Below are positions 40,633 through 50,708 of a DNA stretch of 64,000 nt, in pieces. This DNA is from Bigelowiella natans CCMP2755 (taxonomy: Eukaryota; Protista; Cercozoa). Numbering within the stretch: position 1 is the stretch's first letter; each line of letters opens with the position of its first letter. The notes below the pieces were generated by a model that made no database searches, had not been told where the DNA came from, and worked only from the letters and a program-made list of their open reading frames with translations. The position numbers and the translations under genes are program-made. The stretch covers positions 1-64,000 of the forward strand of contig ADNK01000550.1 in NCBI GenBank assembly GCA_000320545.1. Reading direction: 5' to 3'.

Positions 40633-41175
40633 ATGTACGACCCCGACGCAGTCGAAAATAAAGAAGTCGAGCTACAGAATCCTCGTGGCTCTGTGGACAC
40701 AAAGAGAAACGAAATTTTGCTGTGCAACGACGGCACGCCCATCCGCACGACCCCCAGAATATTTCATGAAAGGCCGCACAACCGCGGTATCGATATGCGC
40801 AGGGTCTCGGGGACGGGCGATTACCGCATCACTGTGAATGACGCTGCCGGTGTTTCGGATGAGAAAAAGGCTGCCCCTAAAGAGGTGGACGACGGGCAGA
40901 GCTCCATGACGTCGGCATACAAAACGCGCTGTTGCGGGGAGTTGGCATTTAGTGTGAACAAAAAATTTGTTGCGTTCATTGTGCAGACCGTAGTCATCCT
41001 CGCGGTGCTCATATTTTCAATGCACCAGGCAGTCAATGGGGAGAAGAGCAGAAGGGAGACGTTCCTCATAATCATTACGACCATTCTGTCAGTTTATCTG
41101 CCTTCACCACAGATCCCGAATGCGAACAACAATGAAACTGGTTCCAAAATTAAAAAAAAAAGGATTCGTCGATAA
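40633..41175 (+). CDS. Two-TM small membrane protein
   Basis: CC...FIVQTVVILAVLIFS.HQ...LIIITTILSVYLPSP. Confidence 0.7.
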   Translation: MYDPDAVENKEVELQNPRGSVDTKRNEILLCNDGTPIRTTPRIFHERPHNRGIDMRRVSGTGDYRITVNDAAGVSDEKKAAPKEVDDGQSSMTSAYKTRCCGELAFSVNKKFVAFIVQTVVILAVLIFSMHQAVNGEKSRRETFLIIITTILSVYLPSPQIPNANNNETGSKIKKKRIRR

Positions 41176-41200
41176 ACACAAAGAATCTAGTAATGATCTG

Positions 41201-42322
41201 ATGGGTTTCGTTTCTGGTTCCTGGGCTGACGATGAACCCGATCAGACGGAAAAGGAAACGTCCGACCAATCATGCAAAGAATCAGAATCGTCTGAATCCG
41301 AATCGACCCTGAAACACACTAATCCATGGTCGTATTTCCGGGCGGTTTCCGATATGAAGGAGCTCCTAGTAAACGCCAAGTACCACGATAAAAAGGCACT
41401 AGAAAGCGAGGTCTCAAAGTACAAAAAATTGATTGCAAAGACGACCAAGCAAGTCATAGCTAGCAAGAACAAGAGCAGTGGCAGGGTCATCAAAGAGCTA
41501 ACAATTCGTAGAAACAAGCTTTGTGAGAAATCTTTGGGCGAAAACGCAAAGTACAAGCTGTCGAAGGCTGACAAAGAGGACAACTTGTGTGTGTACTTTT
41601 TCAGCAATCGCAAAAAATCTAAAGATGTAAAATCACCGTCTCTGGGAAGTAGCAATCTGCGTCTGCAATTGCACACCAAAAATGACGTCAAGTTCTGGAT
41701 GAGCAGCGTGGTGGCCAAAATGAAGAACAACACGGACTACCAGATGCTACGCAATCACGTCATCACTTGCAAGAAACTCAGCGACAAACTCAGGGGCGTC
41801 ATCCTGTACGACGAGCTATTGTTTGCATACCTACAGACGATGTACACGGAGGATGGCATCAAAACTAAAAGCATCGACCAAAGAGACGATGTCGAAGAAG
41901 AGAGCACTAGATTCATCGGTTATGACAATGCATCAACGGTTACTAAATACTTTGCCGCTCCGATCACACCGATGCACCTGACCCGGCTGCAGCAATTGCA
42001 GAGCGTCCTCGGTGAGATCTATTTTTGTTACGACACCATCCGGGCGCTGATCGGGCCCGCAGTGATGCGACGGTGCGCGTTTCGAAAGAAATACGAGAAC
42101 ATGTGGAAGTCCATACAATCCGAGATCGAGTTGTTCTCGTTCTCCTCCTCTGGCTCATTCATACAGAAGAAAGACGATTCGATGAAACACAAACTTTCGC
42201 CCAGTCGGGCCGCTTTTGGTGTTACGATTTGCGTGATGAGCCGCTTCGTCGATGCCATGTGGGCACACACGTGCCACGCCGAGTCTGTCTCTACGAAACA
42301 CTTACAAACACGGGAGATATGA
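41201..42322 (+). CDS. Hypothetical protein
   Basis: ORF 41120..42322, likely start MGFVSGSW. Confidence 0.8.
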   Translation: MGFVSGSWADDEPDQTEKETSDQSCKESESSESESTLKHTNPWSYFRAVSDMKELLVNAKYHDKKALESEVSKYKKLIAKTTKQVIASKNKSSGRVIKELTIRRNKLCEKSLGENAKYKLSKADKEDNLCVYFFSNRKKSKDVKSPSLGSSNLRLQLHTKNDVKFWMSSVVAKMKNNTDYQMLRNHVITCKKLSDKLRGVILYDELLFAYLQTMYTEDGIKTKSIDQRDDVEEESTRFIGYDNASTVTKYFAAPITPMHLTRLQQLQSVLGEIYFCYDTIRALIGPAVMRRCAFRKKYENMWKSIQSEIELFSFSSSGSFIQKKDDSMKHKLSPSRAAFGVTICVMSRFVDAMWAHTCHAESVSTKHLQTREI

Positions 42323-42674
42323 TGCTGCCTATCATGCCAATGTACAACGTAGTGGGTAGATTGTGTTTTGTGTAGTCAAAATTGAGGTAGTTTGTTGCTG
42401 TGGACCCCTCTTCCATGTGGTTCGGGATGTACAACACTGTTGATATTTTGAAAAGAACGTGTTGCGGTCCGAAGATGTACACATTCGCTTCGTCGGGTTC
42501 CTTGGCCTCATTGATCTCTGCTGTTCTTATCGTTGTGCGAAAGTGGTGACTTTCGGACTTCCAGTCCTGCCTGAATTTCCCATAAAAGGTCCAGTGGTTT
42601 TTGGACTCTTTCACGTCGGTAAATGAAACTGAGGACATCACTTCGTGCTCCAGGCACCCGTCAAAACATGTCAT
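42291..42674 (-). CDS. Hypothetical protein
   Basis: 127-aa ATG ORF. Confidence 0.6.
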   Translation of the reverse strand: MTCFDGCLEHEVMSSVSFTDVKESKNHWTFYGKFRQDWKSESHHFRTTIRTAEINEAKEPDEANVYIFGPQHVLFKISTVLYIPNHMEEGSTATNYLNFDYTKHNLPTTLYIGMIGSIISPVFVSVS

Positions 42675-42725
42675 GACAAACTGACATAAAATATCTGCAT
42701 GTTTATTTTAAGCATGCATGAGTAT

Positions 42726-43199
42726 TTAAGAACAATTTGTGTTCGAAACAACGCCGTTCGGGGCAACTCCACGAGCAGACTTGCATCGAATTTTGACCCC
42801 GATCGGTACCCTTTTGCCTTTGTAAAGAAACCTTTTCCCGGCGTAAATGGGCTTGCACTGCATGCCGCTCTTGTCGGTCAGGAAAGCAACTAGTTTAAAC
42901 AGCGAACGCACACCGTCTGCTGCAACGGGGTACTTGTAGAACATGTGAACATGCGTGCGTTTGCCCTGCGCCATGCCGCGCACGACGTTTTGCGTGATCT
43001 GTTTCACTAAAGTGGCGTACTTTTTGCGTTTCATCTGCTCCATGTGATTCTCGAGGCAGCGCATCTTGTTTCGGATGCTCACTGCGACGCTTTTGTTGCT
43101 GCTGCCGCTGCTATACCCACTGCGCGCACTGCTGTTGCTGTCGTGGGGGCTTTGCATCTCATTCTGCATGCGGTATTTTCGGCTCGCGTTGTAATACAT
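42726..43199 (-). CDS. Basic hypothetical protein
   Basis: ORF 42726..43343, likely start MYYNAS. Confidence 0.65.
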   Translation of the reverse strand: MYYNASRKYRMQNEMQSPHDSNSSARSGYSSGSSNKSVAVSIRNKMRCLENHMEQMKRKKYATLVKQITQNVVRGMAQGKRTHVHMFYKYPVAADGVRSLFKLVAFLTDKSGMQCKPIYAGKRFLYKGKRVPIGVKIRCKSARGVAPNGVVSNTNCS

Positions 43200-43409
43200 C
43201 TTTGTGCGTGTAGGTGTGTATGTGTCTGTGGTTCGGATATGAGCGTAGCTTGCGCAATTGCATGTGGGTTTTCGAAGTTTGACGCACAAATATTGTAAAC
43301 ATTTTTTTTTTCTCATCAAAGACCCGTGTGATTGGTAGTACATTAAAGCAAAGTGTCTGTGCCAAACAAAACCTACTCACATACACACACATCTCCGCAC
43401 TAGAACATC

Positions 43410-43721
43410 ATGAGTTGCAACGACAAATGCGATATTTGGCCGTTCCTGTTGCTCAACCAGAGCGGCAAAGGAAAGAAGAAGGCCAGCGGCTTTCTGGAGG
43501 ACCTCCTTCAGTACCAGATGGTCAGCCAGCTGCTCGGGTGCTCCACGGACAGTTCGTGCTCGCTCTTCCCCTGCAGCACCCCATGCGGACCGCACTCAGA
43601 AGCGATTGAAAGACTGCAAAACGATTTGACGGATTTGGGTGTTGGCGGAAATGATGCTGATAAGAAGAAATTGGCAGCTGCAATCAAAGCTCTTGGCGGC
43701 ACTCCTCAGATGCCTAAGTAA
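43410..43721 (+). CDS. Small Cys-containing protein
   Basis: 103-aa ATG ORF. Confidence 0.65.
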   Translation: MSCNDKCDIWPFLLLNQSGKGKKKASGFLEDLLQYQMVSQLLGCSTDSSCSLFPCSTPCGPHSEAIERLQNDLTDLGVGGNDADKKKLAAAIKALGGTPQMPK

Positions 43722-43722
43722 C

Positions 43723-44118
43723 TCAGTATTTTCCACCGAGCACCGCGTACAGGGTTGTAGTGGTAGCAGCTCTGCGCCGAAAAAGGTCCCTGACCACGAT
43801 GGGCAGGTCCAGTTTGATGTCGTTCGGTACGTTCTTCCCATTTCGTTCCACTACGTAGCCACCAACATGTGATGAATATTTTCGAACAGTGAAAGTGTTG
43901 AACTTCCCTTCCAGATCATGCATCATGAAGAAGTAATGCCAGCATGTCATCCCGTAGAAGATCCACTTTCCAGTGTGATTCCGCGCCAAAAGTTCTGCTA
44001 TTTCAATAGTTTTGCAGTTCATGCCTGGAATGAGGGGCGGGGGCAGCTTCAGCTTGGTCTTCTTCGATGCAGTCCTCTTCGAAATGGGAATGGTCCAAGT
44101 AGAAACTGTCACGGGCAT
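43723..44118 (-). CDS. Hypothetical protein, member of a 4-gene paralogue family
   Basis: PPP...GKW...FTVRKYS...DIKLDL similar to 49750..50139. Confidence 0.7.
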   Translation of the reverse strand: MPVTVSTWTIPISKRTASKKTKLKLPPPLIPGMNCKTIEIAELLARNHTGKWIFYGMTCWHYFFMMHDLEGKFNTFTVRKYSSHVGGYVVERNGKNVPNDIKLDLPIVVRDLFRRRAATTTTLYAVLGGKY

Positions 44119-44253
44119 CGTGTCTCAAGCACAAGCAAAGGTAGGATGGATCGATGGATTCTGTGATGGCTTTTCAATGGTGAAAACGTGATCTCGTAAG
44201 TTCCATGTGGTTTTCACTCTGCGACAATGATGTTGTGTTTTTTTGTTGTTTTT

Positions 44254-44281
44254 AAACAGGTTCCCGCCAAATTTTCCCGCC
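44254..44281 (-). promoter_or_regulatory. Tandem E2F-like sites (TTCCCGCC x2), near-identical to 48800-48826
   Basis: aaacaggttcccgccaaattttcccgcc versus reverse complement of 48800-48826 aaacagcttcccgctaaatttcccgcc. Confidence 0.55.
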
Positions 44282-44457
44282 AATTTTAGTCCCAACTTCG
44301 CGAAACTTCCTACAATTTCTGGAATTTGAAAGAAAACTGGTAAAATTTCCTTAAAAATTTTTCATTTTTTTTTCAAATTTTCGGCCGACTTTTTATTTTT
44401 TTTAAAAATCAACACCCTGCACATTGACCTCACCCCTCTCAAAACCCAATTAGGCCC

Positions 44458-45051
44458 ATGGACTGCAGCAACGATGACATCGAATACGAAATTCGTAGAG
44501 ATGCGCGAGCATTATTGATCCAGGAGATAAAAGACTTCAAAAGGTTTGCTGGACACAACAACAAGTTGCCTGCTTACATGGAGAAGTTAATCGGTATAGC
44601 TTTGATGAAGGAAATTAGGATTCACATTACTCGCGTGGATGCAGCTGCTCAACAAGAACTGAAAGAGGAAATGGAAGCAATCAACGTACAATGCAGACTC
44701 GACGATGAAACTCATCATGCCAATTTGCAGAACGGCATCACGGAAGACGAAGAAAGTAAGGCATCAGCTTCAAACAACTCTGGCGATTGCGTGTCAACCC
44801 ATCAATCAGAGAGCTACGACTTTGAACTTGCAAGCTCCATTTCGAGCAATGATGCCGAGAAGAGAGATTTCGCTTCGGCCATGGAAAAGGAATCTGTGCA
44901 TTTGTCGGACCTACGCGAAGAAAAAGAGGACGAAGACTCACCACAAAAAATGCCCTGCACATTGACTAGTTCATCGACCGCAAATGACAAGACTCCGGTG
45001 CAAGGTTCCACAAAAAGGGCGCGTTATCATTTGCGAAATAGGGAGTCGTAA
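44458..45051 (+). CDS. Hypothetical protein, acidic disordered C-terminus
   Basis: 197-aa ATG ORF. Confidence 0.75.
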   Translation: MDCSNDDIEYEIRRDARALLIQEIKDFKRFAGHNNKLPAYMEKLIGIALMKEIRIHITRVDAAAQQELKEEMEAINVQCRLDDETHHANLQNGITEDEESKASASNNSGDCVSTHQSESYDFELASSISSNDAEKRDFASAMEKESVHLSDLREEKEDEDSPQKMPCTLTSSSTANDKTPVQGSTKRARYHLRNRES

Positions 45052-45155
45052 TTCACGTCAAAGCGTGTCCATTGTGTTTGTATTTGCATCATTAATTCCT
45101 TTTTCTAATAAAATGTATCCCTAATTTTCAAAATCCAAACGACCACATCTACGCA

Positions 45156-45614
45156 ATGATGCTTGCATGCCAACAACAAAGCCCTCGTGCCATGGAAGAT
45201 TTCAAAAACATTAAGCTGCCGAAAATGGCTTACATAACTCAGCGCAACTGTGATGTGCTTCGCGACAACCTGATCATGCGGCTGCACCCTGAACAATGGA
45301 TTCTTTCAAAACTGCATTACGGAAAGCTGTTGTTCAAACACAGTCGATATGGGGAAGCTTTGGTCATTCTGTCTTCCAAACGGGGGCGAATAGTGGTGTA
45401 CCCGCACCCAGAAACGTGCAATGCAACCTTGTCTGCGGAGGAGGAGGCCGTGCGCGCGAAAGTGACACAGATGCTAAAAAGTGACTCCACGCAAGTTTTG
45501 GAAAGAAACAGGGGCGATCCAAATGTGATCACAGAGCAATGGTTGATGACGGAACCTCTGCAGAAAACGACGTTAAAAAATTTGTACGAGGTTGTGTGGC
45601 AAGTCCCGTTTTGA
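45156..45614 (+). CDS. Hypothetical protein, paralogue of 50215..50607
   Basis: PEQWILSKLHYGKLLFKHS...ILSSKRGRIVV versus PNKWLHVKAKWGRHVFCHS...ILVQKNGQIRV. Confidence 0.7.
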   Translation: MMLACQQQSPRAMEDFKNIKLPKMAYITQRNCDVLRDNLIMRLHPEQWILSKLHYGKLLFKHSRYGEALVILSSKRGRIVVYPHPETCNATLSAEEEAVRAKVTQMLKSDSTQVLERNRGDPNVITEQWLMTEPLQKTTLKNLYEVVWQVPF

Positions 45615-45682
45615 ACATGTTTTGATGTCTATACATGTAAAATCATCGAACAAAGCACCCCAATATTTACTTGTTCGCGGTG

Positions 45683-48184
45683 ATGAAAAAGCACAGAAAT
45701 GCAACGTTTTACGATCACTCGAACAAACTTGTTTCGCAGTATCATGCGTGTAGCAAGCTGTACGCCAAAGTTTATGACCATCTTGAGAAGCAGGGAAAGG
45801 GCGAGCAAAAGACGTCGATGTCTTTGTTCGATGTAGCGTCGCAGTTGCGTGCACAGACTGTTGCGCGACTGTGTTACCCCAATTCCTATCTCATGTGGCG
45901 CAGTACACGTCGCCATCTCCACATCGCCAACAAATCCCAAGCCTCGAACCACTTTACTCCGGCGCAACGCGCGATACTCGGCTCGATGCAACTACGCGAG
46001 ATCGCCAAAAACGACCTCTTGCGGCGAAACGTTTTGAAACCTGTTAGGAGACTCGAGTACCTACTGGAGCTCATGCTCGATCAGTCGGTGATGAAGGTCA
46101 CTGACACCAAAGCCGTAGACCTGCATGCACTCATTACCGCAAAGTGTCAGGACCCGTATCTCCGGGAGCAAGCGATGAACAGTAGGTGCACAAGAACGGC
46201 CGGGTCAATGTTGAAATTGCACAACTCGCTGCGTGCAAACGATGTACCACTTCCGTTTTGCGTCGGAGCCAATGCGGGAGGGACCATGAACCTCATATCT
46301 GTCCGCGGGCAGCTACCCGATGTGTTCTTACCGACGACTAACGACGCAAAGCAGCATGTGCAAACGCTAAACGAAGCGATGAATGGGAGCATCGACGCAC
46401 TTTACGTAGACGAAATGCTACTGCTGTGCGCGATGACCCAGCGCAGGGATGCGGAGATAGCCGGCGGGGATCTTAGTGGTCAGTGCATCGATGTCTTTTT
46501 GGCTGACACGCTTGTTCGACGGGGTATGTTTTACGAAATGGTGTTCGACTCGCTGGACGGGCGCACCCCGATGCTCTGCCGTAAGTTGGGGAAACTGGAC
46601 GAGATCGAAAACACCCCCAGAGACCACAGCGCGTACCTTTCATGCAATCGCAGCCTAACCCGTTTCATCACCAAAACTCTGCTACGCAAAGCGAACAAAC
46701 AAGCCAGCACTCTGTTGCGTAACGCCGCGGCGCAAAAGGTCCGGGAGGAAAGCAGTCGAGGCTTGTTGGAGCATGCACTCAGTGCGAAAACCGTCCGTCA
46801 GGACGTGCTCCGCGGGTCCATCATTCCAAGAAATCAACCCAAGACCCACATGACAGGTCTAACTATGACAAACGTTGCATCCCCGGTTTTTGTAGACGTA
46901 CTTAATCTCAATGCAAGCAGCAGGGCGGAGGAACCCAGTAGTAAAAAATCCACCAAAAAAGCAGTGCAAGGTGATGCAAAGAATGGAACGCAAAGCAAGT
47001 TTGCCGTGCCGATAAAAAGCCATCGCTTGAAGTTTTCCTGGCCCGGCTTGCATCGCATAGCAGCAGGCTGTCCCGTGGCATTCATAATTCTAGAGGGAAG
47101 AAGCAATGAACCTCTTTTGGAGCAATGTGCAAACCTTTGCCTGAACGCGCGCGTGCAGAACGAGGTGTACCAACTGATACTGGCGTCCCGTGTTACGAAC
47201 TCCAAACTGGGCGCCTTGGTCGAGAGCAACAATGTTGCCCAGATCAAATCGCTCATGCGCAAGCACAGTGTGTTGTCAAACTCAAAATTCCAGTTGACAA
47301 AGCAGGCAGTCGCCCAGATGTGTGCTCACAACTGCAAGGGTTTGCAGGTCTTGTGCGGGGGGACGACACGCTCCAAAGGCAGGACCAAGACCTGGGCGGC
47401 GATCAGGACTGGATCAGGGGTCACCCAGAACTTTGGCGCGTACTTCAACAACACAGTGATCGAGGACGCAACCTCATCGGCGATGTGCCAGGCTAGTTTC
47501 TCGCGGGTGAAAGACATACATAAGTTGATGGCAAGCACACTCCCACGCAACGGTTCTGCTTGTTCAGCATCAACCTTAGCATTCTCCGTGCGCGTGTGGC
47601 TGGGAACCCTTCTCTCGGGTCTTTCGTACATGGCGATGCTGCATGCGGTCACCAAACAGATGTTTGTTGTCGAGACATTGAGTGCTGCTGAATCCTTCAT
47701 AGATCGGTGCACGTACACCTGTTACATGCAAGAAGGCCGCCTCATGACCAGGAGGAATAGCTGCAGCGTAGTAGAGGCTCCCAGCCAACTGTGCCTAGCA
47801 TTTTGGCTTCCTTTGCGTCAAAACTTAAACGTTGCAAATGCGTTTAGCGAAAGCGCATACCGTAGCTATCGCCCTTTCTTTGGGGGGTCAGCGCGGAACA
47901 TGGGAACCGAGTTGTCGCTAAACGGAAGAATTGCGATTGACAAATCGGTTGTGCCGCTTGTTGATGCAGCTTACAGAGCGCTTTCCGCATCACTTGGCAA
48001 AACATTACGTCATAGTTTCAAAGAAACGCTGTTGATGGTGCAAGATTTTGCTGCCCGGTATAGCAATGCCCAGATGCAGAACAATGGGAACATGAGTTTG
48101 GCTTTGTGTCGATATTCAGCCGTGTTACAAGAAATTTGTGAAACCGAATGCATGACATACGATCTATCTAATGGCATGATGTGA
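45683..48184 (+). CDS. Large hypothetical protein
   Basis: ~833-aa ORF; no motif recognised. Confidence 0.85.
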   Translation: MKKHRNATFYDHSNKLVSQYHACSKLYAKVYDHLEKQGKGEQKTSMSLFDVASQLRAQTVARLCYPNSYLMWRSTRRHLHIANKSQASNHFTPAQRAILGSMQLREIAKNDLLRRNVLKPVRRLEYLLELMLDQSVMKVTDTKAVDLHALITAKCQDPYLREQAMNSRCTRTAGSMLKLHNSLRANDVPLPFCVGANAGGTMNLISVRGQLPDVFLPTTNDAKQHVQTLNEAMNGSIDALYVDEMLLLCAMTQRRDAEIAGGDLSGQCIDVFLADTLVRRGMFYEMVFDSLDGRTPMLCRKLGKLDEIENTPRDHSAYLSCNRSLTRFITKTLLRKANKQASTLLRNAAAQKVREESSRGLLEHALSAKTVRQDVLRGSIIPRNQPKTHMTGLTMTNVASPVFVDVLNLNASSRAEEPSSKKSTKKAVQGDAKNGTQSKFAVPIKSHRLKFSWPGLHRIAAGCPVAFIILEGRSNEPLLEQCANLCLNARVQNEVYQLILASRVTNSKLGALVESNNVAQIKSLMRKHSVLSNSKFQLTKQAVAQMCAHNCKGLQVLCGGTTRSKGRTKTWAAIRTGSGVTQNFGAYFNNTVIEDATSSAMCQASFSRVKDIHKLMASTLPRNGSACSASTLAFSVRVWLGTLLSGLSYMAMLHAVTKQMFVVETLSAAESFIDRCTYTCYMQEGRLMTRRNSCSVVEAPSQLCLAFWLPLRQNLNVANAFSESAYRSYRPFFGGSARNMGTELSLNGRIAIDKSVVPLVDAAYRALSASLGKTLRHSFKETLLMVQDFAARYSNAQMQNNGNMSLALCRYSAVLQEICETECMTYDLSNGMM

Positions 48185-48207
48185 CAAGAAACGGGTTTCA
48201 AAATCGT

Positions 48208-48534
48208 TTAAAAGACATATCTGTTTTCAGGGTCTTTTGTTTTGGAGTTGTATTTGATCAATAATTTTTTCAGGAAGGCCTCTGAAACAAAATCCTTTCT
48301 TTGCACCCAGTTCGGTTTCCATTGCACCTTGCATTGTCTTTTTTTGGGGATCTTTTTGACCTTCCGGACGTTCTTCTTAGTTAGGAAAGGGTCATCTTCT
48401 TTTACAATTGAATCTTTCCATTCAACATAAAATGATTCTTCGTCGTGTTGAACTCCGTCCAACCTCAACTTGCTTTGAGTGTAACCAATTATTGCTTTGA
48501 CCTTGAAAAATTGGGTGTGTTTTTCCTTCGACAT
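48208..48534 (-). CDS. Chromodomain-like protein
   Basis: FKVKAIIG...FYVEWKD...KVQWKPNWV. Confidence 0.55.
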   Translation of the reverse strand: MSKEKHTQFFKVKAIIGYTQSKLRLDGVQHDEESFYVEWKDSIVKEDDPFLTKKNVRKVKKIPKKRQCKVQWKPNWVQRKDFVSEAFLKKLLIKYNSKTKDPENRYVF

Positions 48535-48799
48535 GGAGCTTTGCTAAGTGTGTGGGGCAGGGGAAGGAAGATCAGTGTGTGAGTTGCGTAAACTAAAATA
48601 CGGAATGGGGGTGTTTCTAGAGGGCGACAAGGCAAATTGACAAAATAGCTAGTTGGTATTTTTTTGGGAAAATTTCCACGGAAACCATCCCTGTGCCATT
48701 TGCCCAGTCAAAACGCACTCCGAACTCCGACGTCAGAAACAAGGGGATACCCAGGATGCGACAACATGAAAATTAACATTTGCATCGCATTAAAAAATC

Positions 48800-48826
48800 G
48801 GCGGGAAATTTAGCGGGAAGCTGTTT
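48800..48826 (+). promoter_or_regulatory. Tandem E2F-like sites upstream of 48849
   Basis: ggcgggaaatttagcgggaagctgttt ends 22 bp before the ATG. Confidence 0.55.
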
Positions 48827-48848
48827 TGGAAGACACTGACAACTCACA

Positions 48849-49655
48849 ATGGCTTCTTCTACCTTTAACCTTCAACAACTCATATCCGGCCCCAACCAAA
48901 TAGCTCATCCTCCACCTGACATGCAAAAAAATGCGAAGTCTCAAGCGGCACAAGGACTAATGATGTTAAATATTAAGAAGTGCAACAAATGCGGTTGCCA
49001 CAAACCCATAGATGAGTTTGCTAAAAATGCTAGGAACAAGAGCGGGTACCTGCCTAAATGCAAAGTTTGCCATGCTGCTTACCAAAAAGAGTATCGCACC
49101 GTGTGTAAACGGAGGTTGTTGATGAATGCTCCTTATGAATCGCCGACCCCAAAGCGAATTAGACAAGTTGCACAGATTGATCAACATGCGGCTGCAGCAG
49201 CTGCAAGGATTAACGTAGTCGAAGCACCGAGTCCTCCATCGGATTCATGCTTTTCGAACAACAACAAAACGGGGCCGTCTAATACACTCATAAAGACAAA
49301 AGCAGAAACCATATACTGTGTCCTCAAGAAACAGTTTTTGGAATCATGGAACCAAAATGGAAGCATTGATTCATGTGCATTAGACGTGTTGAAGAAAGTC
49401 AAACCTTTAGTCGAAAGTATCAATGAAAAATCGATAGAGGAGTACACTACGCAGAGGACTGAGGTTGCAAAAAAAAAGTGCAGTGAGATCATGAAAGTGG
49501 CAGAAGCTAAGTGTGCCGAAATCATGAAAGCAAATGAAATCGAATGCAACAGCTTCAAGTCTAATCTGCATTCTGCCGCCGGGACAAAGCAGAACAACAT
49601 TTTCAAGAACCTTTGCGCTTATTTTTCCACTCTAGAGGAAGCACGTCAACAATGA
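48849..49655 (+). CDS. Zinc-ribbon plus coiled-coil protein
   Basis: KKCNKCGCHKPIDEF.KN......PKCKVC, the ribbon type often N-terminal to HNH nucleases; no nuclease motif seen. Confidence 0.75.
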   Translation: MASSTFNLQQLISGPNQIAHPPPDMQKNAKSQAAQGLMMLNIKKCNKCGCHKPIDEFAKNARNKSGYLPKCKVCHAAYQKEYRTVCKRRLLMNAPYESPTPKRIRQVAQIDQHAAAAAARINVVEAPSPPSDSCFSNNNKTGPSNTLIKTKAETIYCVLKKQFLESWNQNGSIDSCALDVLKKVKPLVESINEKSIEEYTTQRTEVAKKKCSEIMKVAEAKCAEIMKANEIECNSFKSNLHSAAGTKQNNIFKNLCAYFSTLEEARQQ

Positions 49656-49749
49656 ACAAGCACATTTGTTGGTCTGTTGTGTACGTGTATTGCCATGTGC
49701 GCGTTGCAACATCTGCGCCTAACATGTGATGCGCATGTGCTCTTCAATC

Positions 49750-50139
49750 TCAATCGACTTGTATAGGCCTGTACATTTTCAAGACATGCTTCAAAGTGGT
49801 CTTGATATTTTCGAATGGAACCTCAACATGCGCGAAAACAGGCATCTTTAAATCGATTTTGAAATCTTGGTCAGCTGATGTTTTCATTGGCTCGGCTTTT
49901 CCATTGCTAAAAGCGCGAACATTGAAACTTTGTTCCGCTAGCTTTCCATCTTTCTTGGTATAAAAACGTCGAAATAAGTGGGTTCCACTGGAGCATTTGG
50001 CATGCAGCCATTTGCCTACGTTACCTTTCATCCATTTTTCGCTCAGTTCGGATTCTTTGATGTTTTCACTCATTGTGAAAGGGGGTGGCATCTCCTTTGA
50101 AAAAAATGGGAATGGCGCTTGCGCTTTTGCATCTGTCAT
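49750..50139 (-). CDS. Hypothetical protein, paralogue family
   Basis: KW...N.GKWLH.K...G.H.F shared with 50215..50607. Confidence 0.72.
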   Translation of the reverse strand: MTDAKAQAPFPFFSKEMPPPFTMSENIKESELSEKWMKGNVGKWLHAKCSSGTHLFRRFYTKKDGKLAEQSFNVRAFSNGKAEPMKTSADQDFKIDLKMPVFAHVEVPFENIKTTLKHVLKMYRPIQVD

Positions 50140-50214
50140 TGTGCTTGTTTTCGTTTGGATTGTGATTGAATCCAATCGATGTGCTCACAAACGCGCAAAC
50201 AAGAGCAACGTTTT

Positions 50215-50607
50215 TCATGTTACAACAATGTTCGATCGAGGGTGTTTTCGTACACACTTCATCAGGGTTGTTTTTTGGAACGTGTTGTTCACATGCTCCC
50301 ACACCTCTGTGTTGTTCTTCAATTGACTTTGTAGTTTGACGCAATCTTTCTTGTCAGCAACCAAGACCCGTATCTGTCCGTTTTTTTGCACAAGAATCTC
50401 AAAATTTTTAGTGGCGTCGCTGTGACAGAACACATGACGACCCCATTTTGCCTTCACGTGCAGCCACTTGTTTGGGTTTTCAGTGGTCCACTTCTGCACC
50501 ATTTCGGACTCTTTTGGCGACAAGGTGTGCACTTGATAGCCCTCTACGGACATTTTCGTCGCGCCCTTTTCTTCATTAGAAGAGACTCTTGAGACTGCGG
50601 CGCTCAT
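50215..50607 (-). CDS. Hypothetical protein, paralogue family
   Basis: Tandem paralogue of 49750..50139. Confidence 0.72.
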   Translation of the reverse strand: MSAAVSRVSSNEEKGATKMSVEGYQVHTLSPKESEMVQKWTTENPNKWLHVKAKWGRHVFCHSDATKNFEILVQKNGQIRVLVADKKDCVKLQSQLKNNTEVWEHVNNTFQKTTLMKCVRKHPRSNIVVT

Positions 50608-50708
50608 TGCGAGGTTTGATTTGTGCCAAAAAAGAATCAGTGTGTGCAAACTATGGCTGCATGCGTTTTGCTTTGACGTGAAAGACGGGATGAGAATGAC
50701 GCAAATGC

